A DNA stretch of 64,000 nt from Candidatus Shapirobacteria bacterium (GTDB lineage: Bacteria; Patescibacteriota; Microgenomatia; UBA12405): contig JBAZWK010000001.1 of assembly GCA_041660365.1 (NCBI GenBank), forward strand, positions 1,524 through 65,523. The letters run 5' to 3'. The notes below the pieces were generated by a model. The model ran no database searches. It was given only the letters and a program-made list of their open reading frames with translations, and was not told the DNA's origin. Shown piece after piece: positions 17,315 to 27,710 of this stretch (within the stretch, counting starts at the first letter, position 1; each line of letters starts with the position of its first letter). Made by a program: the position numbers and the translations under genes.

Positions 17315-18313
17315 TTAGGCTGAGTAAATAATACCCAAAGAAAACATTAGGGCCATGACTGAAGAGCCGCCGACGGACATAAAGGGCAGTGGAATGCCAG
17401 TGACAGGTAAAAGGCCGAGATTCATACCAATATTGATAAAGGTTTGAGCCCAAATTTCGAAAGCAATGCCTAAGGTAAATAAAAATAAAGGTAAATTGTT
17501 AGTGGTTTGGTAGGCTTTTTTGAGTAAAGTTCTAATAATGGTGATATAGGCACCAATAATTAATAAAACGGAAAAAAGGCCTAATTCTTCAGTGGTGGCG
17601 GCAAAAATAAAATCGGTGTGTTTTTCGGGTAAATAAAGTAATTGAGCTTGAGTTCCCTGGCGGTAGCCTTTGCCAAAAAAACCACCAGAACCGATGGCAA
17701 TTTGGGATTGAATTAAATTATAACCCTGACCCAGAGGATCAGTGCTTGGTTCCAGAAAGTGAGTAATTCGCTGTTGTTGATAATCTTTGAGAACAAATTT
17801 GTATGCTAAGGGCGAGAGAATCAGAAGAATAACACCAATAACAAGGCTTAATTTAAATAGTTTTTTATTGTATAAAATTATAGGGATGATCATAACTAAA
17901 ACAGTAATGGCACTACCTAAATCTGGCTGTAGCATAATTATTCCCACCGGGATTAAGTAAAATAAAGGCTGCGAGGTGGTGGCTAAAAATAACATTAGGG
18001 CGGGTTTGACAATTTCACTGGGTTGGATTGAAGAACCGCCAAGATACAGCCAGCGACGAGAACCACGGGTGAAATTTCCTAGAATTACCGGTAAAAGTAA
18101 AAATAGACAGGAAATTATAAAAATGATCCATCTTTGGGAATAGGTTTGTTTGGGATTAATTTGAGTCCCAATAGTAAAGAGGACAATGCCAATAAGCCAA
18201 GCCAAAATTTGTTTAAATAAAAGTTGTGGGGCCAGAGAGGAAACCATTACCAAATTAAGACTGCAGAGAACAATTAGACCGATGATTAAAGGCAGTGAAA
18301 GATTTTTTCTCAT
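17315..18313 (-). CDS. rodA: SEDS protein RodA
   Basis: IQPSE, QPDLG, LPEKHTDFIF, PVTGIPLPFMS.GGS. Confidence 0.9.
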   Translation of the reverse strand: MRKNLSLPLIIGLIVLCSLNLVMVSSLAPQLLFKQILAWLIGIVLFTIGTQINPKQTYSQRWIIFIISCLFLLLPVILGNFTRGSRRWLYLGGSSIQPSEIVKPALMLFLATTSQPLFYLIPVGIIMLQPDLGSAITVLVMIIPIILYNKKLFKLSLVIGVILLILSPLAYKFVLKDYQQQRITHFLEPSTDPLGQGYNLIQSQIAIGSGGFFGKGYRQGTQAQLLYLPEKHTDFIFAATTEELGLFSVLLIIGAYITIIRTLLKKAYQTTNNLPLFLFTLGIAFEIWAQTFINIGMNLGLLPVTGIPLPFMSVGGSSVMALMFSLGIIYSA

Positions 18314-21078
18314 GAAGTTTTACCAAGACTGAGAGTGTCCCCGACTTGGATGGAATCAGCCAAGGTTTTTTCCAGAATTTGGGATTCAAAGTTTTTGGGC
18401 CAGGTGGGGGCAATAATTTTTATACGGTCCTGAACTTGTAAACCTTGATTTTTTCTTAAAACTTGGATGTTTCTGACAAGATCACGATATTCACCTTCGG
18501 CGGCAAGTTCAGGGGTAATTTTAGTCTCTAAAATTGCTTTAATGTCGGTAGATACTTTAGTTATATTGACACTTTTAACATTAACTTCATCAGCGATTAT
18601 TGCCAATAGTTCGGGACTTAATTTACTTGGACAGTGGAGATCTAAATTAGATAAAGGTTGACGGATTTTAATGTTGGCCAATTGTCTTTGAGCGTGAGCT
18701 AATTGGCAAAGAGTGCGAACTAATTCCATATCTTTTTCCAAATTTTGGTCAATAAAGTTTTTATCAAATTCTGGCCAGGTTTGAAGGTGAACCGAAGAAT
18801 TTTGATGTAAATTTTGATAAAGAGTTTCACTTAAAAATGGGGTAAATGGGGCCATTAAGCGAGAAAGATTATCAAAGACAAAAAATAAAAATTCAAAATT
18901 GTCACTACGGTCACGGGATCGGCGGATATACCAAGTAGATAGGTCAGTTACAAAATTTTGGATACTTTCGGTAACTTTGGAAGTGTTGAATTTTTCAAGA
19001 TTTTTAGTAGAAATTTCAATGGTATGGTAAAGGCGTGATAATAACCATTTATCCATAGGATGGGACAAATTTTCTGGTTTAAACTTTGAGGGCTGCCAAT
19101 TTTCCAAATTAGCGTGCTGGGTGAAAAAGCGATAGGAATTCCAGAGGATCAGCAAAAAATCGCGTTTGACTTGATCGGCGATACTATAGCCAAAATTGAC
19201 ATTAGTGTGGGCTTTTTGTTGACAGTAAAGCCAACGCATTGGGTCGGCACCAATTTTTTCAATAGCATCTTCGTAAGGAATACCATTTTTTTTAGTTTTG
19301 CTAATTCTTTCGCCTTTTTCGTTACGAACTTCGCCATAAGTGACAACTTGTTTGTAAGGAGTGACATTTTCTAAAGTGACACTCATAAAAAGCATGGAAT
19401 AAAACCAGAGACGGATTTGTTCGGTGTTTTCTAAAACCATATCAGCCGGAAACCATTTTTGCCAATATTGTTTGTCTTCAAGATATTTGAGGGTAGAAAA
19501 GGGGACAACACCGGCGTCAAGCCAGACATCACCGACGTCAGGAACACGTTTAACATTTTTACCGCAATTAGGGCATTTTATTTCAATAGTATCAATCCAG
19601 GGACGGTGAATGGATTTTAGTTCATCAACTTTTTTGGGATCGACAGCTAAAGATTTTAGTTCTTTTAAGTCTCCGACGACAGTTAATTGGCCACAGGAAC
19701 ATTCATAAAAAGGCAGAGCTAATCCGTAGAAACGCTTGCGACTGATCATCCAATCTTCCATAGAATCAAGCCAATTTTGCATTCGGCGCCCAGTATACTT
19801 GGGATGCCATTCAACTTTTTTGGCGGCTTCTTTTAGAAGCGGACGGATTTCATCACTATTCATACACCAATTATTTTCTAAGCGGAAGAGACATTTGGTT
19901 TTGCAACGCCAACAATGAGGGTAACGGTGAGTGATAGGTTCGGTTTTAAAAAGTGAACCAATTGATTTTAAATATTCAAAAACTTGATCATTGACGTTAT
20001 GGGCGTATTTGCCAGTTAAATCACCATAACCTTCACCAAAGTGACCGTTTTCAATCAAAGGTGAGAGCATATCGGCATTTAATTTTTTACCTAATTCAAA
20101 GTCTTCCTGACCACAGCCGGGAGCAATGTGAACGACACCAGTGCCCTCGGAAGGATTAACCTGATTCCACTCAGTAATATAGTGTTTAATCCCCTGTTGA
20201 GCGGGAATATCAAATAAAGTTTCATATTTCAAATTGAGTAAAGTTTTGGCATCAATTGATTCATAATCAGTTAATCCCAATCTATCGGCAGAATCTTTGG
20301 CTAAATATAAGATTTGGTTTTCATATTTGGCTTTAACATATTCAAAATCAGTATTGATGGCCAATAAAACGTTGGCGGAGAGGGTCCAAGGGGTGGTGGT
20401 CCAGGCTAAAACATATTCGTTATCGCGGTCACTCAATTTAAATTTTAAAAAGACGGAAGTATCAGTGTCCATTTGATAACCGTCGGTTTGTTCGTGTTGA
20501 GAGAGACCGGTTTCACAGCGGGGACACCAGGTGGTGGCACTTTTCTTTTTGACGAGCCAGCCTTTTTCTTGGACGCTTTTCAAAAAATGCCAAATGTAAA
20601 GATTATTAGTTTGAGAATTGGTGTAATAAGAATTTTCCCAATCCATAAACATGCCCAAGCGAATTGATTGTTCAGTTTGAATTTTAGAAAATTTATCGAC
20701 ACGGGCGACGCAGGCATTGGTAAAGTTTTCTAAACCAAAATTTTGAATGTCTTTTTTGGAATTAAAACCATTTTCTTTTTCGACTTCCACTTCGACCCAG
20801 AGACCCTGGCAATCAAAACCATTTTGAAACCTTTCGGCAAAGCCTTGGGCATTTTTGAAACGCTGAAAGACGTCTTTGAGAGCACGGCCGCGAGCATGGT
20901 GGACGCCCATGGGGGCATTGGCAGTAATGGGACCATCAATAAAAGAAAAAGTTTCTTTAGAAGAATCGTTTTTATGAAGGTATTGATTAACAATATCGTT
21001 TTTCTGCCACCAGGTTAGAATCTGTTTTTCCTGTTGAGGAAAATCAGGAGTATTGGGAAGGTCTTTGAAATATGCCAT
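18310..21078 (-). CDS. ileS: Isoleucine--tRNA ligase (type 2)
   Basis: DGPITAN, GFDCQGL, WTTTPWTL, GTGVVHIAPG, DWMISRKR; signature motifs GVHH and RISKT. Confidence 0.93.
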   Translation of the reverse strand: MAYFKDLPNTPDFPQQEKQILTWWQKNDIVNQYLHKNDSSKETFSFIDGPITANAPMGVHHARGRALKDVFQRFKNAQGFAERFQNGFDCQGLWVEVEVEKENGFNSKKDIQNFGLENFTNACVARVDKFSKIQTEQSIRLGMFMDWENSYYTNSQTNNLYIWHFLKSVQEKGWLVKKKSATTWCPRCETGLSQHEQTDGYQMDTDTSVFLKFKLSDRDNEYVLAWTTTPWTLSANVLLAINTDFEYVKAKYENQILYLAKDSADRLGLTDYESIDAKTLLNLKYETLFDIPAQQGIKHYITEWNQVNPSEGTGVVHIAPGCGQEDFELGKKLNADMLSPLIENGHFGEGYGDLTGKYAHNVNDQVFEYLKSIGSLFKTEPITHRYPHCWRCKTKCLFRLENNWCMNSDEIRPLLKEAAKKVEWHPKYTGRRMQNWLDSMEDWMISRKRFYGLALPFYECSCGQLTVVGDLKELKSLAVDPKKVDELKSIHRPWIDTIEIKCPNCGKNVKRVPDVGDVWLDAGVVPFSTLKYLEDKQYWQKWFPADMVLENTEQIRLWFYSMLFMSVTLENVTPYKQVVTYGEVRNEKGERISKTKKNGIPYEDAIEKIGADPMRWLYCQQKAHTNVNFGYSIADQVKRDFLLILWNSYRFFTQHANLENWQPSKFKPENLSHPMDKWLLSRLYHTIEISTKNLEKFNTSKVTESIQNFVTDLSTWYIRRSRDRSDNFEFLFFVFDNLSRLMAPFTPFLSETLYQNLHQNSSVHLQTWPEFDKNFIDQNLEKDMELVRTLCQLAHAQRQLANIKIRQPLSNLDLHCPSKLSPELLAIIADEVNVKSVNITKVSTDIKAILETKITPELAAEGEYRDLVRNIQVLRKNQGLQVQDRIKIIAPTWPKNFESQILEKTLADSIQVGDTLSLGKTS

Positions 21079-21093
21079 AGTCTATTTTAATAT

Positions 21094-21117
21094 AAAAAAT
21101 CCCGCAGGTGCGGGATT
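21094..21117 (-). terminator. Intrinsic terminator downstream of ftsZ
   Basis: Inverted repeat AATCCCGCA/TGCGGGATT followed by a T-run on the minus strand; second hairpin GCTCCGA/TCGGAGC at 21124-21143. Confidence 0.7.
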
Positions 21118-21194
21118 GATAAGGCTCCGAAAAAAATCGGAGCTATTTAATAATTATTTGGTTAAAAGATAACACTGGGGATATTATACAACGA

Positions 21195-22364
21195 TTAATT
21201 ATTTTTTCTCAAAAAGGCGGGGATGTCGAACTCGTTTTCAATATCAAGGCCGGGGGGAATTTGCTGATCGTTTAAAAGACTTTGAAGTTGAGGATCTAAA
21301 GAACTGGTTTTTTCGGAGTTAGTGTCTAAATTTTGAGAATCAGCATCTAAGAGATTTTTCTGGAGAGAAAGGGGTTTTTTATAGGAAGAATAAGTCGAAC
21401 TTTTGTTGGGATCGAAGCCGGTGGCAATGACGGTAATTTTAATTTTGTCCTTAAGATCGGGGTCAATTGAGGCACCAAAAATAACGTTAGCGTCGGGAGC
21501 GACGTGGGCGGTAATGGTCTTAGCTGATTCTTCGATCTCGGACATAGTCAGATCGGGTCCACCAGTAATATTGATTAAGACTCCCCTAGCCCCATCAATA
21601 TTAACTTCAACTAAGGGTGAATCGATAGCAGCTTCGACAGCTTTGGCAGCTTTATCTGGTCCTTCGGCTTCACCAACACCCATCAGGGCGGAACCGGCAT
21701 TATTCATAATAGATTTAATATCAGCAAAATCGAGATTAATTAAACCAGGAGTGGTGATTAAGTCGGCAATGGCTTTAGTGCCTTTAGTTAAGACAGAATC
21801 GGCAACTTTAAAAGCGTCGAGTAAAGTGGATTGAGAATTAACTACTTCCATAACCCTTTGATTGGGAATAATAATTAGGGTGTCGACGTGTTGACGAAGA
21901 CGGGAGAGACCTTCATCGGCCCGACTCATGCGACGAGTGCCTTCAAATAAAAATGGTTTAGTAACGACACCAATAGTTAAAATCCCTAATTCTTTTTTGG
22001 CAATTTCAGCAATAATTGGAGCAGCTCCGGTACAGGTGCCGCCACCCATACCGCCGGTAATAAAAAGCATATCGGTGCCTTCAAGAACTTCCTTAATGCG
22101 TTCTCGGGATTCTTCAGCAGCTTGTTGACCAATATTTGGGTCACCGCCGGCACCAAGACCTTTAGTAATTTTTTCGCCAATTTGGATTTTGATAGGGGCC
22201 AAAGAATTTAAAAGTGCCTGGGAATCGGTGTTAACGGCAATAAAATCAACACCTTTAATCTCTTCTTGAGAAATCATGGAGTTGACGGCGTTGTTACCAC
22301 CACCACCAACACCGATGACTTTTATTTTAGCAAATTGTCCAGTTAATGTTTTAATTAATCCCAT
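21195..22364 (-). CDS. ftsZ: Cell division protein FtsZ
   Basis: GVGGGG, GGMGGGTCTG, NLDFAD, C-terminal DIPAFLR. Confidence 0.98.
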   Translation of the reverse strand: MGLIKTLTGQFAKIKVIGVGGGGNNAVNSMISQEEIKGVDFIAVNTDSQALLNSLAPIKIQIGEKITKGLGAGGDPNIGQQAAEESRERIKEVLEGTDMLFITGGMGGGTCTGAAPIIAEIAKKELGILTIGVVTKPFLFEGTRRMSRADEGLSRLRQHVDTLIIIPNQRVMEVVNSQSTLLDAFKVADSVLTKGTKAIADLITTPGLINLDFADIKSIMNNAGSALMGVGEAEGPDKAAKAVEAAIDSPLVEVNIDGARGVLINITGGPDLTMSEIEESAKTITAHVAPDANVIFGASIDPDLKDKIKITVIATGFDPNKSSTYSSYKKPLSLQKNLLDADSQNLDTNSEKTSSLDPQLQSLLNDQQIPPGLDIENEFDIPAFLRKNN

Positions 22365-22367
22365 AAA

Positions 22368-23621
22368 TTAGGGTAAAAGAGGTTCAATAAAATTTTTAAG
22401 CCGGCCGAACAAACCCTCAAAAGAGACCTTAATTTTTTTGTTAGGGGAATTATTTTTAGAATTAGTTTTGGAATTTTGAAAATAAAGTAAGGTGCCAATG
22501 GCGCTGCTAAAGGCAGGGTTGGTAATGTCATCAACAAGTCCGCCAAGACGCGGGATATCGGCAATTCTGACAGGTAAAGATATTACTTCGTTACAAATTT
22601 CTTTGGCCAGAATGCTTTGAGCTCCGCCACCAGTAAGGACGATGCCGGCGGGAATAGTATTTTGAAAATCATAATCTTTGATTTGTTGAGCGATAAAACG
22701 GAAAATTTCTTCAAGTCGGGCCTTGATTATGCCGTTAACAGTGGTGGAAAAAGAAATTTTTTTCTTATCTTCACTGACAATGCCGAGGTGACTGAGATCA
22801 ATTTCATCTTCAAAACCTTTTTTATCAGCATAAGACTTTAATTTAATTTTAATTTTTTCCGAATCTTCCAGAGATAAACGGAGACCTATGGCCAAGTCAT
22901 TGGTAATATTATTGGCACCAAGGGGAATAACCCCGGAAAAAACCGGGGAAGACTCTTGAAAAATAGTAATAGTAGTATTACTGCCGCCGATGTCGACTAG
23001 AGCCACACCCAATTCTCTTTCGGTATCGTTAAGACAGGCTTTGGCAGCAGCTAGACCGGAATAAATTAGAGAATCAACTTTAATGCCAATATCCTCTAAA
23101 CATTTGTAAAGATTTTTTAAAGCGGGAGTAGAAGCAATGATTAAGTGTGTCTCGACTTCTAATCGGACACCATTCATACCAATGGGGTCAATAACTCCTT
23201 CTTGGCCATCGACAGTGAAGAGACGAGGAATAATGTGGATAATTTCTTTGTTCGCGGGAAGGGAAATAGCTTTGGCAGCTTCAATAGCTCGATCAATATC
23301 AGTACTGGAAATTTCGCCATTTTGTCCGGAAACAGCGGTAACACCCTTGGTGTTGAGACATTCAAAGTGAGGAGCAGTTAGAGAGATGTAGGCGTGGTTA
23401 ATTTGAAACCCGGCCATTCTTTCGGCAGATTCAATACATTCAGTGATAGTTTTAGAAGCTTGGTCAAGGTTAATTATTTGGCCTTTTTTAAAACCGGCAG
23501 CAGGTAGTGAGGCGACGCCAACAATGTTAATTTTATTATCGTTTTCAGAAATTTGACCAATCAAAACGGTAAGTTTAGAAGTACCAATATCAAGACAATT
23601 AATAGTTTTAAAATGCTGCAT
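22368..23621 (-). CDS. ftsA: Cell division protein FtsA
   Basis: LDIGTSK, VDIGG, VLTGGGA. Confidence 0.95.
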   Translation of the reverse strand: MQHFKTINCLDIGTSKLTVLIGQISENDNKINIVGVASLPAAGFKKGQIINLDQASKTITECIESAERMAGFQINHAYISLTAPHFECLNTKGVTAVSGQNGEISSTDIDRAIEAAKAISLPANKEIIHIIPRLFTVDGQEGVIDPIGMNGVRLEVETHLIIASTPALKNLYKCLEDIGIKVDSLIYSGLAAAKACLNDTERELGVALVDIGGSNTTITIFQESSPVFSGVIPLGANNITNDLAIGLRLSLEDSEKIKIKLKSYADKKGFEDEIDLSHLGIVSEDKKKISFSTTVNGIIKARLEEIFRFIAQQIKDYDFQNTIPAGIVLTGGGAQSILAKEICNEVISLPVRIADIPRLGGLVDDITNPAFSSAIGTLLYFQNSKTNSKNNSPNKKIKVSFEGLFGRLKNFIEPLLP

Positions 23622-23630
23622 AAGTTAATT

Positions 23631-24710
23631 TTAGAGCTTTTTAAGGAGATTTAATAGCTTAAGGTTTGAATTTAAGGGAAGTGTTTTATTTTTAGTCTTA
23701 ATTTTGATTAATTTATTGATGTTATTTAACAAATTTTCTGCCGAAACTTCGGTATCTTTAATAATAATGGTACTTTTGGGAGACCTTGTTTTCAAATAAA
23801 GGGCATTTTTAAGTTGTTCATTTTGTTGACTGACTGGGAGTGGAATTAAAAGACATTTTTTGTGTAGAGCCATTAATTCCTGGGTAGTGTTGGCTCCGGA
23901 ACGAGAAATAATAATTTGACTATAATGAAAAAGCCAGCCAATATCAGGAGATTCGATATATGGATATGGATAATAATGTTTAAATTTGTTGGCAAATTTT
24001 TTAAATTGGAAATAATCTTCTTCGCCACACTGATGAATAATAGTATATTTTTGACTTAAAATAGGCAAAATTTCTTTTAGAATTAAGTTAAGATGGTGGG
24101 AACCCTGATTGCCGGCGGTGAGAAAAATTAAAGGATATTTTTTAATTTCCGGGATTAATTTTTTAAATAATTTAGAATTAGTAGAAAAAATTTCCCGGCG
24201 GAGTAAATTGCCGGTAAGGACATATTTTGAAGAATCATTGGCTATAGGAAAAGATAGGGCCACTTTTTGACAAAAAAGAGCATTAATTTTGGTGGATAAA
24301 CTCAAAGTAGAGGTTTGTTCGTGAGTGAGACAAGGAATTTTTTGAAGCCAAGCGGCAAAAACAACTGGGACTGAAAGATAACCACCAAAAGAGAGGACAT
24401 ATTTTGGTTTAATTTCTTGAATTGTTTTGTAAGCTTGCCAAAAACCACGAAAAATATGGGGAATGCCCTGAAGAGTGTTTGGTAACCAACGACGATCAAG
24501 CTTACCAGAATCAAGGCCATAAAATTTCACCCCTATTTTAGGAATAATTTTTGATTCTATTGATTTATCTTGGCTGACACTGGAATTGTAGTTGCGGCCG
24601 AAATAAAAGATTTTCCAGTCAAATTCCCGGTCTTGCTGTAATTGATGAATAAATTCAAGGGCGGGAGTGAGATGGGTGCCGGTGAGAATTATTTTTTGAC
24701 TCTTGATCAT
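23631..24710 (-). CDS. murG: MurG-like glycosyltransferase (GT28)
   Basis: SFGGYLSVP, HEQ, GNQGS, SRSGA, EQ.KNA. Confidence 0.88.
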   Translation of the reverse strand: MIKSQKIILTGTHLTPALEFIHQLQQDREFDWKIFYFGRNYNSSVSQDKSIESKIIPKIGVKFYGLDSGKLDRRWLPNTLQGIPHIFRGFWQAYKTIQEIKPKYVLSFGGYLSVPVVFAAWLQKIPCLTHEQTSTLSLSTKINALFCQKVALSFPIANDSSKYVLTGNLLRREIFSTNSKLFKKLIPEIKKYPLIFLTAGNQGSHHLNLILKEILPILSQKYTIIHQCGEEDYFQFKKFANKFKHYYPYPYIESPDIGWLFHYSQIIISRSGANTTQELMALHKKCLLIPLPVSQQNEQLKNALYLKTRSPKSTIIIKDTEVSAENLLNNINKLIKIKTKNKTLPLNSNLKLLNLLKKL

Positions 24711-25785
24711 GCTTTGAGTATAGCAATTGAGGATATTTTTTTTCTATGTTTATGGCTAAACCAATGGCGGTGAAGAGAGTAATTAAGGAGGAACCGCCAT
24801 AAGCAATAAATGGAAAAGGAATGCCGGTTAGAGGAATTAAGGCGACAATAGCGGCAAAATTAATTAGCCCTTGGTAGGCAATCCAACAGGCAATACCGCT
24901 GACCAGAAGTTTTTCAAAGGTGTCGGGGGTAGTCTGAGAGATTTTAATAAGTCGGGAAATTAAAAGCAAAAAAAGATAAGTTATTAAAGATAAACCAATA
25001 AAACCGGTTTCTTCGCCAATAACAGCCAAAATGGAATCGGTGCTAATTTTTGGCAAAAATTTATACTTTTGGTCGGAATTAGCAAAACCTTTACCATTTA
25101 ACCCTCCCGAAGCTAAGGATAAAATTAATTGTTCACTATGATAATTGAGATCGGTATTAGTTTGTTGATTTAAAAGGGTTTTGACTCGAGCCAGACGGTA
25201 AGGAGAAACTAAAATTAAAACTAAACTAAAGATGGTAATGACAAAGGCGGCAGAAAAGAGACTGGTAATTTCAGCGCCAGACAAGTAATAAATAGTGATG
25301 ACAATGGCGGCAATCATAACGGTAGTGCTTAGGTTTGGCTCAGCAATAACTAAAATTAGAGGTAAAAACAAGTAAATAGCTAAATTTTTAAGATTTCGTT
25401 TTTCTGGAAGGGAAAAGAGATATGAGAAAAAAATCACTGCGGCTAGTTTGAAGAGTTCTGAGGGTTGAAAATTAAAAAAACCGAAATCAATCTGACGTCT
25501 GGCGCCTAAAACTTTGACACCAATCCCGGGAATTAAAACTAAAATCAAGGTGATTAAAGATAAGGCGTAAAAGCGAAAGGAGTTATTCATGAAAAAGCTT
25601 ATTTTCAAACGGGAAGTGATTAAAAGACAAATTAAACCAAGGACAATCCAAATTAATTGTTTTTTGAGAAAAAAATAAGGATCACCAATGGTTTTTTCAG
25701 CTTCAAAAAGAGAAGCGGAAGAGATAAAAAGAAGACCAATTATTGAGAGAATAATAGTGTATAAAAAAGTTTGAGAAAACTTCAT
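24655..25785 (-). CDS. ftsW: SEDS protein FtsW
   Basis: FQPSE, EPNLST, LP...TDSI.AVIGEE.G, PLTGIPFPFI.YGGS; adjacent to murG. Confidence 0.9.
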   Translation of the reverse strand: MKFSQTFLYTIILSIIGLLFISSASLFEAEKTIGDPYFFLKKQLIWIVLGLICLLITSRLKISFFMNNSFRFYALSLITLILVLIPGIGVKVLGARRQIDFGFFNFQPSELFKLAAVIFFSYLFSLPEKRNLKNLAIYLFLPLILVIAEPNLSTTVMIAAIVITIYYLSGAEITSLFSAAFVITIFSLVLILVSPYRLARVKTLLNQQTNTDLNYHSEQLILSLASGGLNGKGFANSDQKYKFLPKISTDSILAVIGEETGFIGLSLITYLFLLLISRLIKISQTTPDTFEKLLVSGIACWIAYQGLINFAAIVALIPLTGIPFPFIAYGGSSLITLFTAIGLAINIEKKYPQLLYSKHDQESKNNSHRHPSHSRP

Positions 25786-26882
25786 GATTTAATTTCGGCC
25801 AACATTTGGGGGTTAATAATGACGGGATTATTAGTTTTTGAAAAAATTTCAAATTTATTAATTTTTTTAATAGTGGTGCCAAGTTGGTTTCGAAGAGTAA
25901 TTTCGGAGCCGATTAAATTTTGGTTATAAAATCTGGCCTGTTCTTGGAATAAATTTACTTGATAGTTTAGGTTAGAAAATTCAGCCAGATGAAAATAAAA
26001 AAGTGGGGTTAAATTATTTTTTAATTCAATTTGAGTGTAAAAAGCAAAAGAAGCGGTTAGACGGGGGTTGCATTCCAAAAGATAAACTTGATCATTTTGA
26101 ACCATAAAATCAAGGCCAAAAAAACCACGATAATTTAAAGGATTTAAAATTTTTTCGGAAAAATCGGTAGTAATTTTTTTAATTTTTTCTTGAATTTCTA
26201 TTGGAGCTAGAGAAGGCCATTGACGGCCGACAGTGGCAAAAGAATTAGTGGTTAATTCGGAAAGACCGGTGTATTGGAGAGCCGGCGGACTTTGAAGAAG
26301 ACCGAATTTAGTGAGACAGCAATTATTTAAGAGAGAATAGGAGTTGGTAAGTAGAGGTGAAAATTTAGCGAGAGTATTGACGGGAATTAAATTTTTAGCA
26401 GTATCATAATTATCAAACTGATGGGTACTATTGCCGGCCCAACCAAAATGAGTTTGAATAACAATGTCCTTCCCAAATTTTTGTTGAGCTTCCTGAAAGG
26501 AATTTTGAGTAAAAGGGGCGATAAAAGCGGGAACTACAGGTAAATTATTTTGGGTACACAACTCAAAAAATTTAATTTTATCTTCTAAGAGACGATTAGT
26601 TTTAGCCGGATTAGCAGCCAAAAGCCATTGGTTTTTTTGACATAAAAGATCAATTTTGGCCGAAGGCTTAAAGGGGATAATAACTGTTTTATTTGATAAT
26701 TTAATTTGATCTTGAATATTTTTTTGAGACAAAAGAAAGCCACTATTTTTTATTTTTAAATAATTTTGAAATAACGAATGAAAATTGGGTAGTTGGGGTA
26801 AAGAAATATCTAAAAATTTATCGACGACTAAAAAATAGAAATCAAGTTCGGAATTTTTTAAAAGATCTTCTAAATAGTTCAT
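25782..26882 (-). CDS. ATP-grasp domain ligase of unknown specificity
   Basis: LLEDKIKF, GWAGNST loop, YRGFFGLDF, LLECNPR. Confidence 0.85.
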   Translation of the reverse strand: MNYLEDLLKNSELDFYFLVVDKFLDISLPQLPNFHSLFQNYLKIKNSGFLLSQKNIQDQIKLSNKTVIIPFKPSAKIDLLCQKNQWLLAANPAKTNRLLEDKIKFFELCTQNNLPVVPAFIAPFTQNSFQEAQQKFGKDIVIQTHFGWAGNSTHQFDNYDTAKNLIPVNTLAKFSPLLTNSYSLLNNCCLTKFGLLQSPPALQYTGLSELTTNSFATVGRQWPSLAPIEIQEKIKKITTDFSEKILNPLNYRGFFGLDFMVQNDQVYLLECNPRLTASFAFYTQIELKNNLTPLFYFHLAEFSNLNYQVNLFQEQARFYNQNLIGSEITLRNQLGTTIKKINKFEIFSKTNNPVIINPQMLAEIKS

Positions 26883-27676
26883 CGTTTAGTGCCAGTCAAA
26901 AGAATAACGGGATAATCCCCTACTTCAGGGTTATTTTTCATTTGTTGAAAAGCAGCAATGGTTAAAGCAGATTCGGCGGAAAGAGAAAATTGATTAGTAA
27001 AATCAAGACAATCAATGGTCTCTTGGTTGGAAATGATTAGACCAGAGCCTTGGTGTTTTTTGATAGCTCTAATAACTTCATTTTTTAAAGGCAAATATTT
27101 AACACTGAGGGCATCGGTAATAGTTTCTGTTTCTAATGTATATTCTGAGGTAAAAGCACTACAGATAGTAGGATTGCTAGCCGGCTGGACGGCAAAAATT
27201 TTTATAGTTAGGGGTAATTTTTTGGCAATCCCCAAAAGGGTAGTGCCGCTGCCAACGGGAATAAAAAGACTGGTAATTTGAGGAAGTTGCTCTAATAATT
27301 CAGTAGCAACTTGGCTGTAGCCAATTTGAGCGCTAGGATCAGTTGATTGGCGTAAAAGATAAGCGTGATTGGCTTTAGAAAATTTAATAGCATCGCTAAT
27401 TGCTTGTAAAGACTGAATAACATGGCCTTTGATTAGGGGTAATTTGCTTTGACTAATTTTTGGAGAGACAAAAATGGTCAGAGGAATATTGGCTTGCTGG
27501 CAATAGTAGGAGGCGGAAATGGCGGCATTACCGGTAGAAGAAATAACGGCAGTAGAGAAATTATTTTTAATTAAATTTTGAATTTGGAAAGGCAGAGCCC
27601 GATCTTTGGTGGAGCCAGTAGGGTTAAGATCTTCGCGTTTAAAATAAAGGTTATCGATTTTAGTTAGAGGTGTCAT
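26879..27676 (-). CDS. PLP-dependent fold-type-II enzyme (threonine/cysteine synthase-like)
   Basis: TPL, KREDLNPTGSTKDR, SSTGNAA, PVGSGTT, LTG. Confidence 0.85.
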   Translation of the reverse strand: MTPLTKIDNLYFKREDLNPTGSTKDRALPFQIQNLIKNNFSTAVISSTGNAAISASYYCQQANIPLTIFVSPKISQSKLPLIKGHVIQSLQAISDAIKFSKANHAYLLRQSTDPSAQIGYSQVATELLEQLPQITSLFIPVGSGTTLLGIAKKLPLTIKIFAVQPASNPTICSAFTSEYTLETETITDALSVKYLPLKNEVIRAIKKHQGSGLIISNQETIDCLDFTNQFSLSAESALTIAAFQQMKNNPEVGDYPVILLTGTKR

Positions 27677-27710
27677 ATAATAGTGATTAGTTATATTTTA
27701 GCTAAATTAT

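Noticed and set aside
21403-22128. Antisense and alternate-frame ORFs inside ftsZ (likewise in ileS, ftsA, the primase and the GT genes)
   Set aside because: Shadow ORFs of well-supported genes with no motifs of their own.
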